DNA of 62,179 nucleotides, filler included, from Choristocarpus tenellus KU-1152 (GCA_964200185.2; 9 parts of 9 records of this genome joined end to end with filler, not necessarily neighbours in it); one strand, 5' to 3'. Counted from the first letter of the whole stretch, positions 38,403 to 52,905 are shown. Numbers and translations are program-made. The notes: generated from the sequence alone by a model not told the origin.

Positions 38403-40296
38403 ATGAGAAGAGGTTCTTACAATCTGAGTGTTGGTTCATTCTCAGCTTTTGGTGTAATGGTGTTCGTGCGAGACGTAGCCTGTATCAGCCCTCCGAGTCT
38501 GGCCTTTGGAGCAGGGTACGTTTTTCCTGTTGAAGCTATTGGTTTCGATGCTCCAAGACGACACGTTGCGTCCCTCAATGCTGGTGAGATGACGGTGAGA
38601 TGAAGTGTGAACAACGAGTTGAACTTAGGATGCTAAGTGGGTGATGATATTAGCTGCTCAAGAGATTTAATTACGTTAGGTGGTTGAGTTGTCGAATATG
38701 TCTATACATATATTGCATCTTCATTGAAGTACTCCCCCTTTCTTTGTTTGCTGCCAAAGCAATCGTGATTGGAGGCTATGTGTGTGTGCCAATCTCGTTG
38801 CCCATGTGCATAGGGTGGACTCCCCAAAGGAGTGAGATTGGGATTTATAGCTATCCCCACATAATCGTATCTGTAGCAGAAGATGCATCCGACACTAATT
38901 CCAATCGATCGCCCCTGGTATTAGTAGGAAGCAGGAGGCGTATGATGAACTATTTGTCCAAGGAGGAAACTGTCAGCACGGAATTGGTGAACGAGGAGGA
39001 TCAGGGTGAAGATGAGAAATACGTTCAAGAGAGCAGCGAATGTGGTCCTGCCGTTGGACTGATTGGACACTTCGAGGCCAAGGAGTTGCTGCTGCAGAGA
39101 GGACGATTAGGGTCGTTCATGGGTTCTCTAGACATGGGGATGTCGAAACAGGAACTAGTTTCCTTAGAGGATGGTGTGGGTGAGAGAGAAGATGTGACCA
39201 ACAAGGGCTAGTATATTATGCGTGGGAGTTTAAATCGGACACAACATGAGCACGATTCTCTTGGTGCAAACAAATAGTTCCATGTCATGAAAATTTGATC
39301 AGCAACGCGAAGCCATGGCTGGTGTGTGTGTGCAACTTTTCAAATGCCGTGTAGCCGTTCATTGTGGTGCATTACACCACAATGAACAGGTAGTCATACC
39401 CAGGGAGTTATGTGCAGATTGCTGGACAAAAAATCGGAACAAAAAGAATCGATAAAGTAGGGTAAAACTTATCATTCGGCCACCCTTTGCATGTTGGATT
39501 TCAGGGTTGCAAACAGAAGAACAAGAAGCCCTTCCAGTGGCAACTTGGGACGAACTTGAGACCATTGTCAAGAAGGCCAAAAAGGGACAATATGGATGTT
39601 GGGAACTCTATGGGGATGGTCAAACTGCCCCATGGAAGGTAGGCATAGGTATCTTCATCTTGTGAGATGATGGCCTGAGTGATCCATACTCTGATGGGTC
39701 TGGTACAGAGCTCTCCTTGCCTTATCCCTCCCCTCCTAATCCCCTGTTTCTATTGGTTGAAAGAGAAGTTGTGTGCACAGGCTTCATGGGTCTGTTGATG
39801 CAACCATCAAGGCACTTTGATGTAGTCTTTCAGTGATTGGAAGCAGAACCTTCAGCTCCTCTATCCTTACCTCCTTTGGCATTGATCTGGACAATATGGT
39901 AGATCCTTTTCCTGGTTGACCAGGGGCTCTCTTTTCAAGGTACTGTATTGTGGATATCTCTCAATTGCTCTACAACATAAGCCTGATTTTGACTGACTGA
40001 TTCTTCAGCATGCTACTCTCCCCATCATGTACTCTCTTACATCGAACATGCCCATTCAAAAATGCCAACGTAAACAATCCCAACATGCTCTCTCTTTCAA
40101 ACTTGACATCGAAGACTCACATATTGGAACAACTTTCCACACTGTTGGGTGAACCTGCCCTCTGCAGGTGTCCGGCATGAGTGAAAACACTAACAGACCA
40201 GCAGCATTGTGTGCGCCGATGTCTACGCCCGGACCACCTACGATGGTACTGGGGGGCTTCACCATGCACCGAATAAGTGGAGGGGATCAGAAGAAG
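38403..40296 (+). CDS. Archaeal-type (COG2521-like) SAM-dependent methyltransferase, N-terminal half, with a putative bipartite plastid presequence; exons 38403-38583, 38877-39179, 39505-39638, 40168-40296
   Basis: Phase-consistent splicing; SLDMG, ATWDELETI and PPTMVLGGFTMHRI motifs resemble SLDLG / PT.EI.GI.MHR of this family; gene cut by contig end before the SAM-binding motif. Confidence 0.65.
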
Positions 40297-43200
40297 GTAA
40301 TGCACAGGGTTCCCAACTTTAGACGGCCTGTGCAGCCGTTCTCTTCTGCCTAGTAGCAGGAGGGGTGTCTATAGTGTTTGCATCAGGGGTTCAGTGTCTT
40401 CTCGTGAAAATGTTTGGGGACATGAAGCGCTGGAACAAAACAGAGTTGAATCTTTGGAGGCAGTGCAAAACGATCGCCCAGACTTCAGCTACCTGCATCA
40501 CAATATCATGACTAATCCAGAAGATCACGATTCTGATTATTTTACCCATCATGCATTCACTTGTAATAGTCCTTGATCTTAGGGGGAAAACGGACCGAAA
40601 TTTTGATCTCAGAGCTTGATCTTTTTTCTTTTTCTTTTTTATCATGGGAAGAATCTGAGACCTGTACGGTCATTTAGCACCACTTACCGAGATCAATTTC
40701 GTTTTTCGTTCAGGAGTTTGGTGCCATTACAGATTGTCTCATTCTCCACCCCGAATAATAACTCATGGAGCTCTAGACACACAAGGCACTTGTAACCCGG
40801 TTCAGGAGACTCCCTACCTCCATTTCGCCACGGGTTGCTGCTCTATGCTATGCCCCCCTCCCCCCTCTCCTACCCCTTCACTGTTGACGTTGCCCCGGCC
40901 GGCCCCACTTTCCAATCGGAAGANNNNNNNNNNNNNNNNNNNNNNNNNNNNNNNNNNNNNNNNNNNNTTAATTAATTAANNNNNNNNNNNNNNNNNNNNN
41001 NNNNNNNNNNNNNNNNNNNNNNNGGTGAGGTCATCCGACACTCCCCTGCCCCCCCCCCCCCCCCCCCCCCCCCCGCCCCTTTTCTCCCATTGCCCATATC
41101 ATTCCTGATACCTTTTTCTCCACATGGACTACAGAGCGTTTACGGCAGAATATATTTTTTTCTTTTTATGAGGCCCTTGATACAGAATTCAGAGGTCTGC
41201 CAGATTGTCTTTTTTTATTGTCTATGAAAATCTTCCTATCCTAGTACATTTATTTGTTGAGATCCGTATGTGTTCATTCCTCCCCCCCGCCCCTGGTTCT
41301 GTCCTCTCCTCAACAATCTTCTTACTCCGTCCCTTTTGATCACTGTGGTGCCCTGGTCCTACCCTCACCTGTGTTGATAGCTTGTTTCGCGGTGTACAGA
41401 GCATGGAATCCCTGTTCTTACCTTCTTTGGCATTGTGCTAGGGATCCCTTACTGGATGGAAACAACGGCAAAACGAGAGGCTTACTTGGCAAGAGATTGA
41501 TGGCTCTTTTTTGACTCAATGGGGGTGGCTGGGACTGGCTCTGAAGTGAAAAAGAGAGTGGGTGGGGGGAGACGGAAGATTGCCTTGAGCTGTAAGGACT
41601 GAAAGGGGTTGCTTTCCTTCGAGGCTTGGGGATGGGTTGGCATATGGAAGATGTATGAAGGAGGCTGTCAGAACTGGTTCGAAAGTAGAATTCCAATGAC
41701 GGAGTGGAGGTGTTTCCAGGGACCCTTTTGCTGAACCATGCATGATCTCTTGCTATCTGATAGGTTGAACTTAATGTTAATGATATGTTTGTCTTATCTA
41801 CATGTACCAAGTGGCAGGGTGTGAGCTATCCTTTTTCGCCCTCCAAAAGAGGTCCGTGTTTATGGATGGTTGGGGGATGGGGGGGGATGGGACGGGACAG
41901 GAGAGGACAGGACAGGACAGGCAAGCGTTGTTGAGGCTTGTGAGGATGTGAGTATCTTCACTGAACGAGTAGGTGTAAGGCAAGCAGCCCGTCATGTTAA
42001 CTGTGAGCCTCCTAGTGTTGCTGTGGAAGCTACATGTACTGGTCACTAAGTCAAGATTGCTTTGTGCTTATGTGATGTGAGATAGGTACTACATCTAACT
42101 TGCCACTTGGGGCAAAATCGAATTGTTTTCTTGATTTGGTACTTGGTAGGAATTTGAGTAGTTTGGAGATCTCTTGCAGGAAGGGAACAATGAGGAAGGT
42201 CGTACGTACCTTGCCTCCCTTCAATGGAAAATAATTACTATCATACCACTACATCCTCAGTATTGTGTACTCTGAGTCGATTCTTCCAGATTATAGAAAT
42301 ACCTTGTTCTGCGCAAGGCAGAAGCATGTGAGATGGTGACTGTTGAACTGCTCATTAAAAAGGGAAGTTGAAGTTTTCAATCCCAACAATCTGTCCACTA
42401 CAGTACTGTGATAGGATCAGAGAAAAACGGAGCTCTGATAGATGTCTACATTATATTTAATCTCCTACAAGGGTTGAGGGCATAATTTTGTGTCTTGGTG
42501 GATTGATTTTTATCGATTTTCACACACAAGTTCTAACTATGTTGCAGTGGTGGTTGGAGGACAGAAAAGGCAACAGGCAGATATTTCCAAGGAGAAGGAA
42601 GCAACATTATACAGGATACTTGAACCATTGGTCTTAAAGGTAATGCAAAAAATATAAAATTAGAGATACTACGTCCAAGATATGATAGATCGGTCAGGCA
42701 AGTCCAAGGATCACCTCCAGCATCAAGGATCATTATCGGTCCAAGAAGGGAGACATATCCGTAAGCACTCCAAAGCATCGAGTTTAAGTCCTTGTGCCTC
42801 CTAGAGATACAATCGCTTATAATCAGAACAAGAAGAGTATCCTGGGCTTGGCAAGAGAATCCAGTCCCCTTCCCCCTTCTAAACAAGGGAAGATCAGAGT
42901 AGAGACTCAACCAAGATTTGATAGCATGTGATTGGTGAGCTAGTCCACTTCTGCGTGGCATGGCCTCAGCAAAATGCCAGTCATTCGATGACTATTTAGC
43001 TCCAACATTCACACATCTGTCCTACTTGTTTGAATCTTCTGTAAGGGAACCCACTGATCAGGCATGACGTCAAAAGCCTTGAGGTCATCTTGGAGGCACC
43101 ACACTCTGGACTTTCCTCATCCCCCTTCGGTTTCTGACCATAAGAGCTCTCCAAGCACAGTGTTCAAGGCCAATTGATCGTTTCACAATTGTATATTCCA

Positions 43201-43674
43201 TGCTAAATGATAGTATTGTTGTACTATTCTGGGACCAATATTTCTTAAGGCCATGGCTAATCAAGATTTTTTTTAATCCGAGAAAATTACCTCACAACTA
43301 ATCCATACGACTTCAGTGTAAGCTACACAAATCAGACGGAATGTACAGTGGCTGTGTTGTCCTGCTAAAAATCCCAAATTATGTTCTGAATGATGTTGAT
43401 ACTTCAAGTCCAAGGAATCAAGGGCACTTTTTTCCAGTGGTCTTCACTTGCTATGACAAGCGTTGACATGCTCTGACCTCAACTGACATGCCTCCTTGCA
43501 TTCAGGCAGTCCTACACACACACACTGTAGCATTTTGTCATAATTACTCAATAAGCAAACTTCATTCACCTTGGCTTGAACATGAAAATGTCATTTCCAC
43601 CTCCAACCTTGCAGTAATCTTGCTCTGCATTTCTTTTTTAGCTAACATGGTGACAGTAGAATGGAATTTAGGCT

Positions 43675-43930
43675 GAGTCAAAGTATCTTAGAGGGTATAG
43701 CATATCCATTTGGGGGTCAAAATCCAATGTTGCCATCTTTATGAAATTATGGCTATCTTGTTTGTTAGGAAGTGCCAATATCCTTCCGGGCACACATCTT
43801 CGTAACGTATACACTTTACCTACTCTGAAACATCTTGGAGTAGGTAGAATGTCCTCAAAACCCATGAGAAGCTAAGCCCCAAATGGACAAAATCAGGGCA
43901 AAACTCGTACCCTTTAAGATACTTTCACTT
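43675..43930. mobile_element. MITE family A, GCT TSD
   Basis: gct|gagtcaaagtatcttagagggta ... taccctttaagatactttcactt|gct. Confidence 0.9.
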
Positions 43931-44652
43931 GCTGGGACTTAGCACTGAAGAAGGATAAGCACATGTAACTGTGCAAATCAGCCCACACATGTGGATATTA
44001 ACTTCCAAATGTGAAAGCAATCATTCCTTCAAGCATTTATGCAGAGTCTCAAGTTGCACTAAATATGGATACCTTTGCCTACTCTCTTTCCCTTTCCCAC
44101 CTGCAACTTCCCTCCACAAGTGCAATTCCATGTTTTTGCCTTGTATATGGTTATGGTCGATAAGTTTTTGTGACTCTGCCCTTGTGGAGAGACCCATGTT
44201 CTTTTGTCTACTCGGCATATATTATCATTGCCCTTCGTTAAGGAGTATGTATGGATAAATATTCCTATATTTTTGTAGTGTTCTTATTGCCATTCTAGTA
44301 CAACACCTACCCTTTGTTACTGTCAGGATTATTCAAAAACATTGTAGCTACTTTGTCGATCTGTGGTCTGTGACGAGCAAACAATGATCGGCCTAGAAAT
44401 CTCTCTGACACGGTCTTCCTAGACCCATTGTATGGGGATCACAACATCAGTTGGGCATGAACAACAAAACAAACACACACATAAAGCCTGGTCAAACGTT
44501 GCACCTGACATGATGTACAAGGCAAATATATCTCAACCTCAACAATTAAGCAGATGTCAACCGTAGCACAAGGTTGGATGCTACACAACTGCTGTTGCTA
44601 ACCCTTGGAAGGGTCGGGGAGTTCTTGCAATCCGTTTTGGATGCTAAGTCAA

Positions 44653-46751
44653 TCAAAGCTCGCCAGAGTCGGCGATCACCACAGTTGCTGAGGTACTTCC
44701 ACTCCTGCTTCCCTTGGCCTCAATGGCCTTCACCACATCCATACCATCAATGACCTATACCATAGAATAGATTAGGCAGAGGTCCGCAATACATGCAAGG
44801 CAGCAGTCGGGAAAGAAGGGGAGTAGGGGAGCAAAGTGAGGATGCTTTATGCTCTCCCTTTGAGGCAAGGTGGTTGAAAGGACATGCTCATGACCATCTC
44901 ACTATAGAGATAGGGAAATTTATCAGTTGTTGAGCTCTGTATTAGAGTAGTTCTTAGTCACCAAGGGAAGCAACACCTACGAGGCTGGAACAGAGAGCAC
45001 ATATTACTCTGTTATCTTCTCATCACAACACCAACCCCCAAATGTACTCACAAATAGGCAACCTCAATCTTTACCACCTGCCATTATTTAAAAAATGGAG
45101 AAATCAAGCATGACTACTACTGTGACTCAAAAGAAGAGAGGTGAAGCTAACTACGGGTGCCAACATATGGCATGGCATGGCCTTGCAAACGATCACCACA
45201 ATTCCACCCAAGCACGTCAACCTCTCAACAGATGAAGACAAGAGAGTACAAAAGACAAACACAAGCATTACATAGTGGTGGTGGTGGTGGGGAGATCCAA
45301 TCTGTTGATGTTGGCAGTCATAACAAACCCTCACCGTGCCGAAGACAACATGCTTCCCATCCAACCACGGTGTCTTGACAGTGCAAATGAAAAACTGACT
45401 GCCATTAGTGTTCCTGCCAGCATTGGCCATAGATAGCGTTCCAGGCCCCTCATGCATCAGCTGCCATGTCATCACATGAAACACAATTAACCACACCATC
45501 GCAAACGTGTACAGCGGTAGTTGGATGTGGAAGGGAGAAGTGGGGAGAGCGTCAGGGCATGTTTAGCAACATTGAAGATGGTGCAACAATGGCAGTTTCG
45601 TAATATTCCCTGTTGAAGCGAAATCAACTTAAAACTATTCATTTGACCACAATGATGAAGCCTGGTTGGGGCAAGAGCCTATGGTGAATATAAGTTTAAT
45701 AAACATATAAAAAAAGTCTAATCAAAAACCTTATTACTCTCACCGGGAAGGCTTCGTCATCAAACTTCCCTCCATAGATGGACTCCCCGCCTGTCCCGGT
45801 GCCATGCGTGAAGTCCCCCCCCTGGAGCATGAACTGGGGGATGACACGGTGGAAGGACGAGCCCTTGTAGTGGAGCGGCTTGTTGTAGACCTCACCCACA
45901 CCCTTCTCTCCCGTGCAGAGTGCCCTGCGAAAGGTAGGAGATGATGAGGAGTGAAGAGGAGGGTAAAGGTACACACAAGCATGAATTCAGTGGTTAGTGA
46001 AGGGAGGTTTATCTTTGTGGAAGAGCTTTCGTTGATTGTTATCTGGAAGAGACGAGGTTGAACCGCACAAATGTTGTACTAGGCTAGTTTCGGCGAAAAG
46101 ATGTATCCTATCCCGTGGGGTCGTCAGCACAAATTCACACTTCCTCGAATAGCAGCTCACCGGAAGTTTTCCACCGTCTTCGGGACGGCATTCCCGTAAA
46201 GTCCCATAGTAATGCGCCCTGCGGCCTCGCCACCGATTTCGATGTCGAAGAAGACCTTGTGGGTGATCTGTGGTGAAGGTCACAATGGCTTGGCAAAGTT
46301 GGCACAATTCTCCTTGCAATGCGCGCCACGAATCCATCTGAATCTTATCCTCACCGTGCTACATCTACACATTCAAATATCGAAATTAAAAACAGTACAC
46401 CACAAGAAATCGAGAGAGAAACTGGGCCTAAAAAGGTGTTTAAAAGGAGCGACCCAGGATTTGGGGTGCCAAATCCAACAAATTGTTCGTTCCAATGATT
46501 GAATCTGAATTGAGAGGACTGGATGCAAAGCAAGACTGTCAAACCTATAGCACAACACTATACACGCTGAGACAACAGAAGAAGATATTTCACCAGTCGG
46601 ATATTATGAATCACTCCCAATATTTCCTATCACCACAATACCTTGTTTTCCTATGTTGTATAACTAGATCTACCTCTTTTAGCTCAGCCCCCAAGGCGAC
46701 GCCGATGATGACTGCTAGAGTCAAGGCAAGAGAAGCCAGCCGGTGCATCAT
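44653..46751 (-). CDS. Secretory-pathway cyclophilin (peptidyl-prolyl isomerase, CypB-like), complete; exons 46674-46751, 46161-46267, 45744-45924, 45335-45460, 44653-44754
   Basis: Signal peptide [22 protein letters not shown]; [64 protein letters not shown], ends DSGEL*. Confidence 0.97.
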
Positions 46752-47598
46752 GATGATTTTTCTGGAAGAAACACACCTTGAAGGATCAGATCAAGGGGTA
46801 GGAACAAAGGGTATCAATTGATCAGAAAAGGGGACCAGTGGAGACATTACCACATGTTGACATTCGGAAGCACCTCCCATTCCATCCATCATCCTCACTA
46901 AAGTTTCCAAAGATATTTCCATTTAAATCAGTGATCCTGGTGCGGGACAAGACTCCAGATCCCCAGATAAGTAATCCAATTTCGTGCGGAGTATAAGCTA
47001 AGATTCTGTTGACCTGGTCAGCGCCTGGCTGTCCACACAATGCAACAACATCGATAGTATCACCAAATACCTTCCTCACCAACCTGATTTAACAATAACC
47101 AAAGATGGTGGTGATATTACTCTCCAATTCTTGGACTTAATGCACCAAAGCCAACCACAAAGTAGAAAGATGCCAAACCAACACACCTGTACATTCCTCC
47201 CTTCAAAACGCCTTCTACACAATATAAACTCTAGCTTAAATTCCACTTCGTTCACTCCTCCACAAGTCCACTAGTCTACGTACAGACGACGAGAGAGGCA
47301 GGGTGGGGCAGGGTGGGGCAGGTTGGGGAAGGTTGGGTGGTATCGTATTCGGCCTTGAGTGCTCGACATGGATTATCGCGTGGGGAGAGAACCAGATGGA
47401 TCTAGGGATGCTGTAAGTAAGGCTGAAGGTAAGTCGAGTGTATGCGATACCTTCGCGTTTCCCTTTGACACTGTCGGCAACAGATGCACGTGGTCTCAAG
47501 TCTACACCTTCCCTTACTAATTTTCGCCTTAGATGTATCGACGTGTATCTAATGCCAGGTGAAGGGTTGATCAAGCTGACCACAGAAGTCTCCCTCCC

Positions 47599-50500
47599 AT
47601 GGCACTCCCAGGCATTGGAGCAGCCAAGATCAAAGCTGGGTGGCTTGTTATTCTCTACTCAGGAAGGGAAGCTATTGGATTCGTTCGCCCCATACCAGGT
47701 GGCATATACCAGTGCAGGTTCGGGGCCTTCTACCATGACGACATGATCGATAAACCATTCGGGTCCAAGGTGCGTTTCCATTGGCCTGCATGTTCCTTTG
47801 ATCGTGAGGGAGATGAGGCTCAGACGTTGGACCTGCTTAGCACAATCCCCTGTGCGCCATGCTTTCACTTGGAAAGTTTTTTTTCTCGTGCTGCTGTCAT
47901 ATATCAGGTATTTTCCCGTAAGAACAAAGGTTGGGTGTGGATGCTGTCCCCAACACCGGAGCTTTGGTCGGCCGTGGTACCTAACCGGACCCAGATCGTC
48001 CAGGTGGGTTGCAAGCTGGACATATTATGGCTCTGTATGCGCTAATTGAATGGGAACCATGCACATATATAGAGAACCTACATATATTATACTCATGTAG
48101 TCACTTTTTTCCTGTCCTTCAAAAAATACTTTTCAAGCTTACAAGGTCCAAAAGCCCACGCCAACTCGCTGCATCACTTCACTCATTCACGCTAAACCCT
48201 AGAAAACTTAAGAACAGGAGAGAGGATTGGAAAGTGCTTCTGTTCTTCCATTGTCACACCTTAGCCCAGCACCTTTGTAGCAGTGATGTGATGCTCTAGA
48301 GTGTTGTGTTGTTCTTATTGTTTTCCCACTTGCCTATGCTGCTACGACTGCTGTCCTCTTGTTGGAATGGCTAGGATTTCGATCAAAGCATTGTGATCTT
48401 CCGCCTAGGTATGAAGCCCGGAGATATTGTGGTTGAATCTGGCACTGGGAGTGGAATCATGTCTACGGTGAGAGCAGGCCTATGGTGGGTTTTGAATGGT
48501 TTGGCAAAATGCATCTCTTAAGTATTAGATGTTTGGTGCAAGATGTATGAGATCTTGTCTTGGTTTTTCTTCACTTGATGGCTTGTGCAGGAGCAATGGG
48601 AGTGAGAACTCAGGAGCTTCTTTTCTTGTCAACTGTGTTTGAGGTTGTGGAGATGATGGTTGCTAGCTTTCACAGATACGTGTGTTAGATCAAGCGTATC
48701 CACTCCTGCACCTTCATCTAATTACCCTGCAACACATGATTTAAGGTTGGTTCTGAACCCTTGATAATGCATACTAGATAGGAGTATTTTTAGCATACTA
48801 AAATGAAGAAAATCTTCTCTTCATTTTGAATGGACATGCATGTGTACACTATCCACACACACTTACACTTAAATATTTCTGGATCCACAACATGCCTACA
48901 AACATTCTTTTGGTGCCCACCGTTTTATCTTCTCACACCCAGGCAGTTATGCGTACCATTGCCCCATCCGGGCATTTGCATACCTTCGAGTTTAACAAGA
49001 CTCGGGCGGACCTGGCTCGGGAGGAGTTTAAGGACAACATGCTTGGTGGGTAATCATCCGACCTAAATGCGCATTATGCCCTAGGACTTTCAGCAGAGAG
49101 GATTACTACTGTTTTTCTTATGGTCTTTATGCTGTTCACCTTCTGATTTGTTCACAGTGCCTGGCCTTGTCATACCTTGGCTCAAGAACAAATGAGGGCA
49201 ATTCGGTGACATATTTGAAGTGATGCCTCCTAGACATCATGGTTGCCCAACCAACATCAAGCTCCTTGGTTGTGTTCTGTTGATGCTTTTGGATGCCGTG
49301 GGAGTGAAGACTTGGCCTGCTTCCTCCAGGCTACTACCGAGCATTATTTCAGACAAAACGGTCAGAGTATGACCCTTGGTAAATCAATACCCAGGCTATT
49401 ATAGCATCCTCTCTCACCCAATGTGCACACCTCAGCCTCTTGGGTCTTACACAAAAAACCTTTCTCCCCTAGCAGATAAGCTTGTGACTGTAGCCCATGG
49501 AGATGTGTGTGCTGCCCGTGAGAGTGGGGGTGGCTTTGGTGCTCACTTAGATAGGAAAGTTGATGCTGTTTTCTTGGACTTGCCAGAGCCTTGGTTGGCA
49601 TTGAGCCATTCGCGATTGGCCCTCAAGCCTGGCAAGAAGCTGTGTTCATATTCCCCGTGCATTGAGCAGGTGAGGCTGTGGGTGGTGGGGGAGCAACCAG
49701 GCATGTTAGTTGGACAAAAGGGTATTGCAAAAAGCGCACAAATGGTGAGAACAGGGCTCGGACCCAGCTTTTATCAGAGAGCCTACCTCGGAGGATATTG
49801 CAGTTGCCCTCTCTCTGTCCATGAGGATTCCCTTCGGCTGCCAACATAGACGATGGGTTGTATGGAAGCCTCAATATTGCTTCTTTTTGTTGCAGATAGT
49901 TTCAAGTACTACACAGTAGAGCACAGTGTATGGGATGGGCGCCCTTGTCTTAAGAGTCCCATGATTGTCCACGGACACCCTTGTGGAGTCCGTACTTACG
50001 ACTGCACATAGCTGCTTGGTCAGTCCCCCATAAATGAGCATCACTTTTTGCTTGACCATTGTAGCACCAGTTCAGTAACTCCCTACCCCTCGGGTTGCTG
50101 GAACCTTGCAGGTAATGAAGACATGTGAAGTGCTGCGGCAGGAGGGCTATACCAACATATCTACCATTGAGTTCCGTCTGCGCACTTTTGCGCCTGCGGA
50201 GGTGGAACTAGAGCAACTGGATTTTGGAGCAAAGACTGTTTCCACCGTCCCTGCCTGCGCAAACCTAGACTCCAACTCTGAGAACGCTCCTTGCGTGGTC
50301 TTGGCAGGTAAGGTAGGAGGGTGTTCTACAAAGGAGGTTCACTCGTTGAACATGGGTACATCTGGAGAGCAACAAGATTCCTTGGCTGTGGATGCAAGCA
50401 GCTGTGAGGCCAGTTGTCCCAATGACCAAACGAAGAACTCATGTAATGGATCTGTGGGAAGCAGTCACTCAGAGGGGGTATCTAAGAAAAGGCCTCGGCA

Positions 50501-51068
50501 GCTTGATGCTGAGAGAAATGACTCTACAGCTGTCCTGGACACGTGTGCAGTGTCAGGGGCAGCGGTGACATCCAGAGATAATGTAGCTGAGGAGAAAGCA
50601 GATAGATTGTCATTAGATTCCTCTTCCACGACCTCTGTGGCTAAGGACAGACTGCTTGGAGGGGGTAAGGCGGAAGGAGGGGCAACAGACGGGGAATCGA
50701 CCGTATCACAAAATGATTGCGGATTGGTGAAAGGAAGTACTGTTGCTGGGGTGGGGTGTGTGGGTAAATTGGAATATGCGTCAGCACAGACGAGGGCTAG
50801 AAGTGCCATTCCAGTTGTGTGTGCCCAGCCTAACCCTGCCATGCGGGGGCACACGGCCTTCCTTACATTTGGCACAACCCCCTTGATATATCGCCCTGCC
50901 TCTGTAGTTGCAGGCACAGGGAATACCATTGAGGGAATGGAGGTAGATGTTGCAGGAGGGGATGGGAGGATATCAACCTCTGAAGAGGGGGAGAGGGAGG
51001 GGGGAGATCGTCACATTGGTCGGGGAACTCCCTCTGGAGGCCCCCCCGAAGCATCTACATCAGAGTAG
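47599..51068 (+). CDS. TRM61: tRNA (adenine58-N1)-methyltransferase catalytic subunit; exons 47599-47769, 47908-48003, 48375-48467, 48943-49045, 49473-49669, 50112-51068
   Basis: PTPELWS..RTQIV, VVESGTGSG, HTFEFN..RA, DAVFLDLPEPW, SYSPCIEQV, GHTAFLTF motifs with consistent splice phases. Confidence 0.95.
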
Positions 51069-52789
51069 TATTGATAGACAAAGGAGTGTTGACAAATGTA
51101 GTGTTTTTCATATATATTTTACAGTGAGAGCAAAGAGTTGTGTGAAGAAGGCACGACGTATATGTGGAATGGATAGATACATTGTGGTGGGTAATGAGCA
51201 AGCTTCTACCTGTAACTGATTAACTACAATCCCAATTTGCCCTTAATCCAGATTAGGGTCAAAAATCCTCATTGCCTACCTCAAATGGGGTCACAACCGT
51301 TGTGAGGAATTTTTGGCTCATAAATGGTCATATTTTGTCTATACGACAGGTTGTGTACCACCATACTGATTGTCAGCAACATGATTGTGGTGTTGTGTGC
51401 ATGACTATTATATCACTTTAAAGGATGCAGTAGACATCACAATTAGTCCACAAGTTTTTCGATTTTGGATTATATCACTCACATACGAAAAAAGTGTTAA
51501 GGTGTTACTAATGGTTAAGTCCTCTTAGAGGTACCAATTTGCGAAGTGATAATATAGAAGTAGGCTGCTTCACGGAATAACGATTGAGCGGATTTTGTGC
51601 TTATCTCTGACTTTGCGTTAGTATCTGAGTTTGTGACCCCATTATGGAGACGAAGATAATAGATAATCCTGAACTAGCCCAGATAATATGTTGTTTTTGA
51701 CAGGGCCAGCCTGGGTAAGGTGTGTTTTAAAATGAACTGAGTCGAACCTTCAGATCATGTCAAGTGAGCACCCGACCAGGCCAACTACCAGCAAATATAA
51801 GACTCTGGAAAATCACCTGATCTTGTATTTGGACGTACATATATGCATCTTAATTAAATGTTTCTTCTTGCTCTCCCCATGACAACTTTCTTCTGCAAAA
51901 TGTCAGTGGGCATAGAACCAATACATACATGTTCTCCTAGTACACAAGTAATCTATGCAATACCCGATTTTATCAACTTAGATAAGCGTATGAGCGACAG
52001 GACATAAGAGATCTTGAGCATAGAATTATATTTTTAAGTCCACTGAGAGATGATGTCATCATAGAGGGAACAAGAAGAAACATACTGAGTGAAAGGCAAA
52101 GAGTACAACAAAATGAACAACAGGGCTGGTATTGTTTACAGAAAAGGCCTTATGATACACCATCAAGGTAGTTGTTTTCATCACCATCTTAACTTTAGTC
52201 TGAGGACTTTCCCAACTTTGTGGTTAGAGGCACTACACACTGCAGTACTTCTCATACAAACAACTACTAATACTACTCCAACTAATGGTTGTACTACGAC
52301 TAATAGTACTGCCTCCGTCTGCGACTTGCTCTTCGTGAGTTGAGTTCAGCCATTCCACTGGCCGTCTCTCCGCCTCCTCCCCTTGCATCTTGTTGTGCAG
52401 TGGACCCGCCCCTGAGCTGCTCCGCAATGAAGCCTTGCCTCCTTGTTCTTGGTCCAGAGTTCTCGTGGTATAGCAATGGATGGGATAGTACAGGTTCACA
52501 ATACCTGGTGCTTGACGTATAGACTTTGGATCAAAATAAAAGTTATTGCCAAGAAACGGAGTGCGGCATCTACAGGGTCCGAACCCACTAAGTTCGTGGA
52601 GGAAATAGCTTCCTTAACTACTAATGTATGAGGAGGAAGTGTGTAATCGAATAGACAAGAAGCAGCGTAGAATAAAGAGAATAGAACAAATAAATGCACC
52701 AAACACAACCAGAGTAGTAGAGTCTGTACTGGTTACAGTTTATTTATGCTTTTTTATACTCCAAAAAACGGGAGTTATAGTATAATTTT

Positions 52790-52905
52790 TGAAAGCAAGA
52801 GAGAAGAGTCTCATGAGTCTATCAAGTTCTGCCTCGCCCACCGGCCTCATGCCTCTAGGTTGAAATGCGCTACATGCCTCCTTGAAAATGTTACATATAT
52901 GTGTT
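52790..52905 (+). repeat. Dispersed ~115-bp repeat; diverged inverted copy at ~56965-57075
   Basis: gagtctcatgagtctatcaagttctgcctcgcccaccggcctcatgcctctaggttgaaatgc aligns to the reverse complement gagtcccacgagtcagtcaagtcgcgccttgcctaccagcctcgtgtctctaccttgaagtgc. Confidence 0.75.

Noticed and set aside
41694-41740. Possible SECIS (ATGAC...TGAA) downstream of a short TGA-ending exon at ~41440-41500
   Set aside because: Poor stem pairing and no apical AA; no selenoprotein motif
46354-46364. 10-nt microexon in cyclophilin intron 1 (tag|atgtagcacg|gtgag)
   Set aside because: It would introduce an in-frame stop; exons 1 and 2 already join in phase 0
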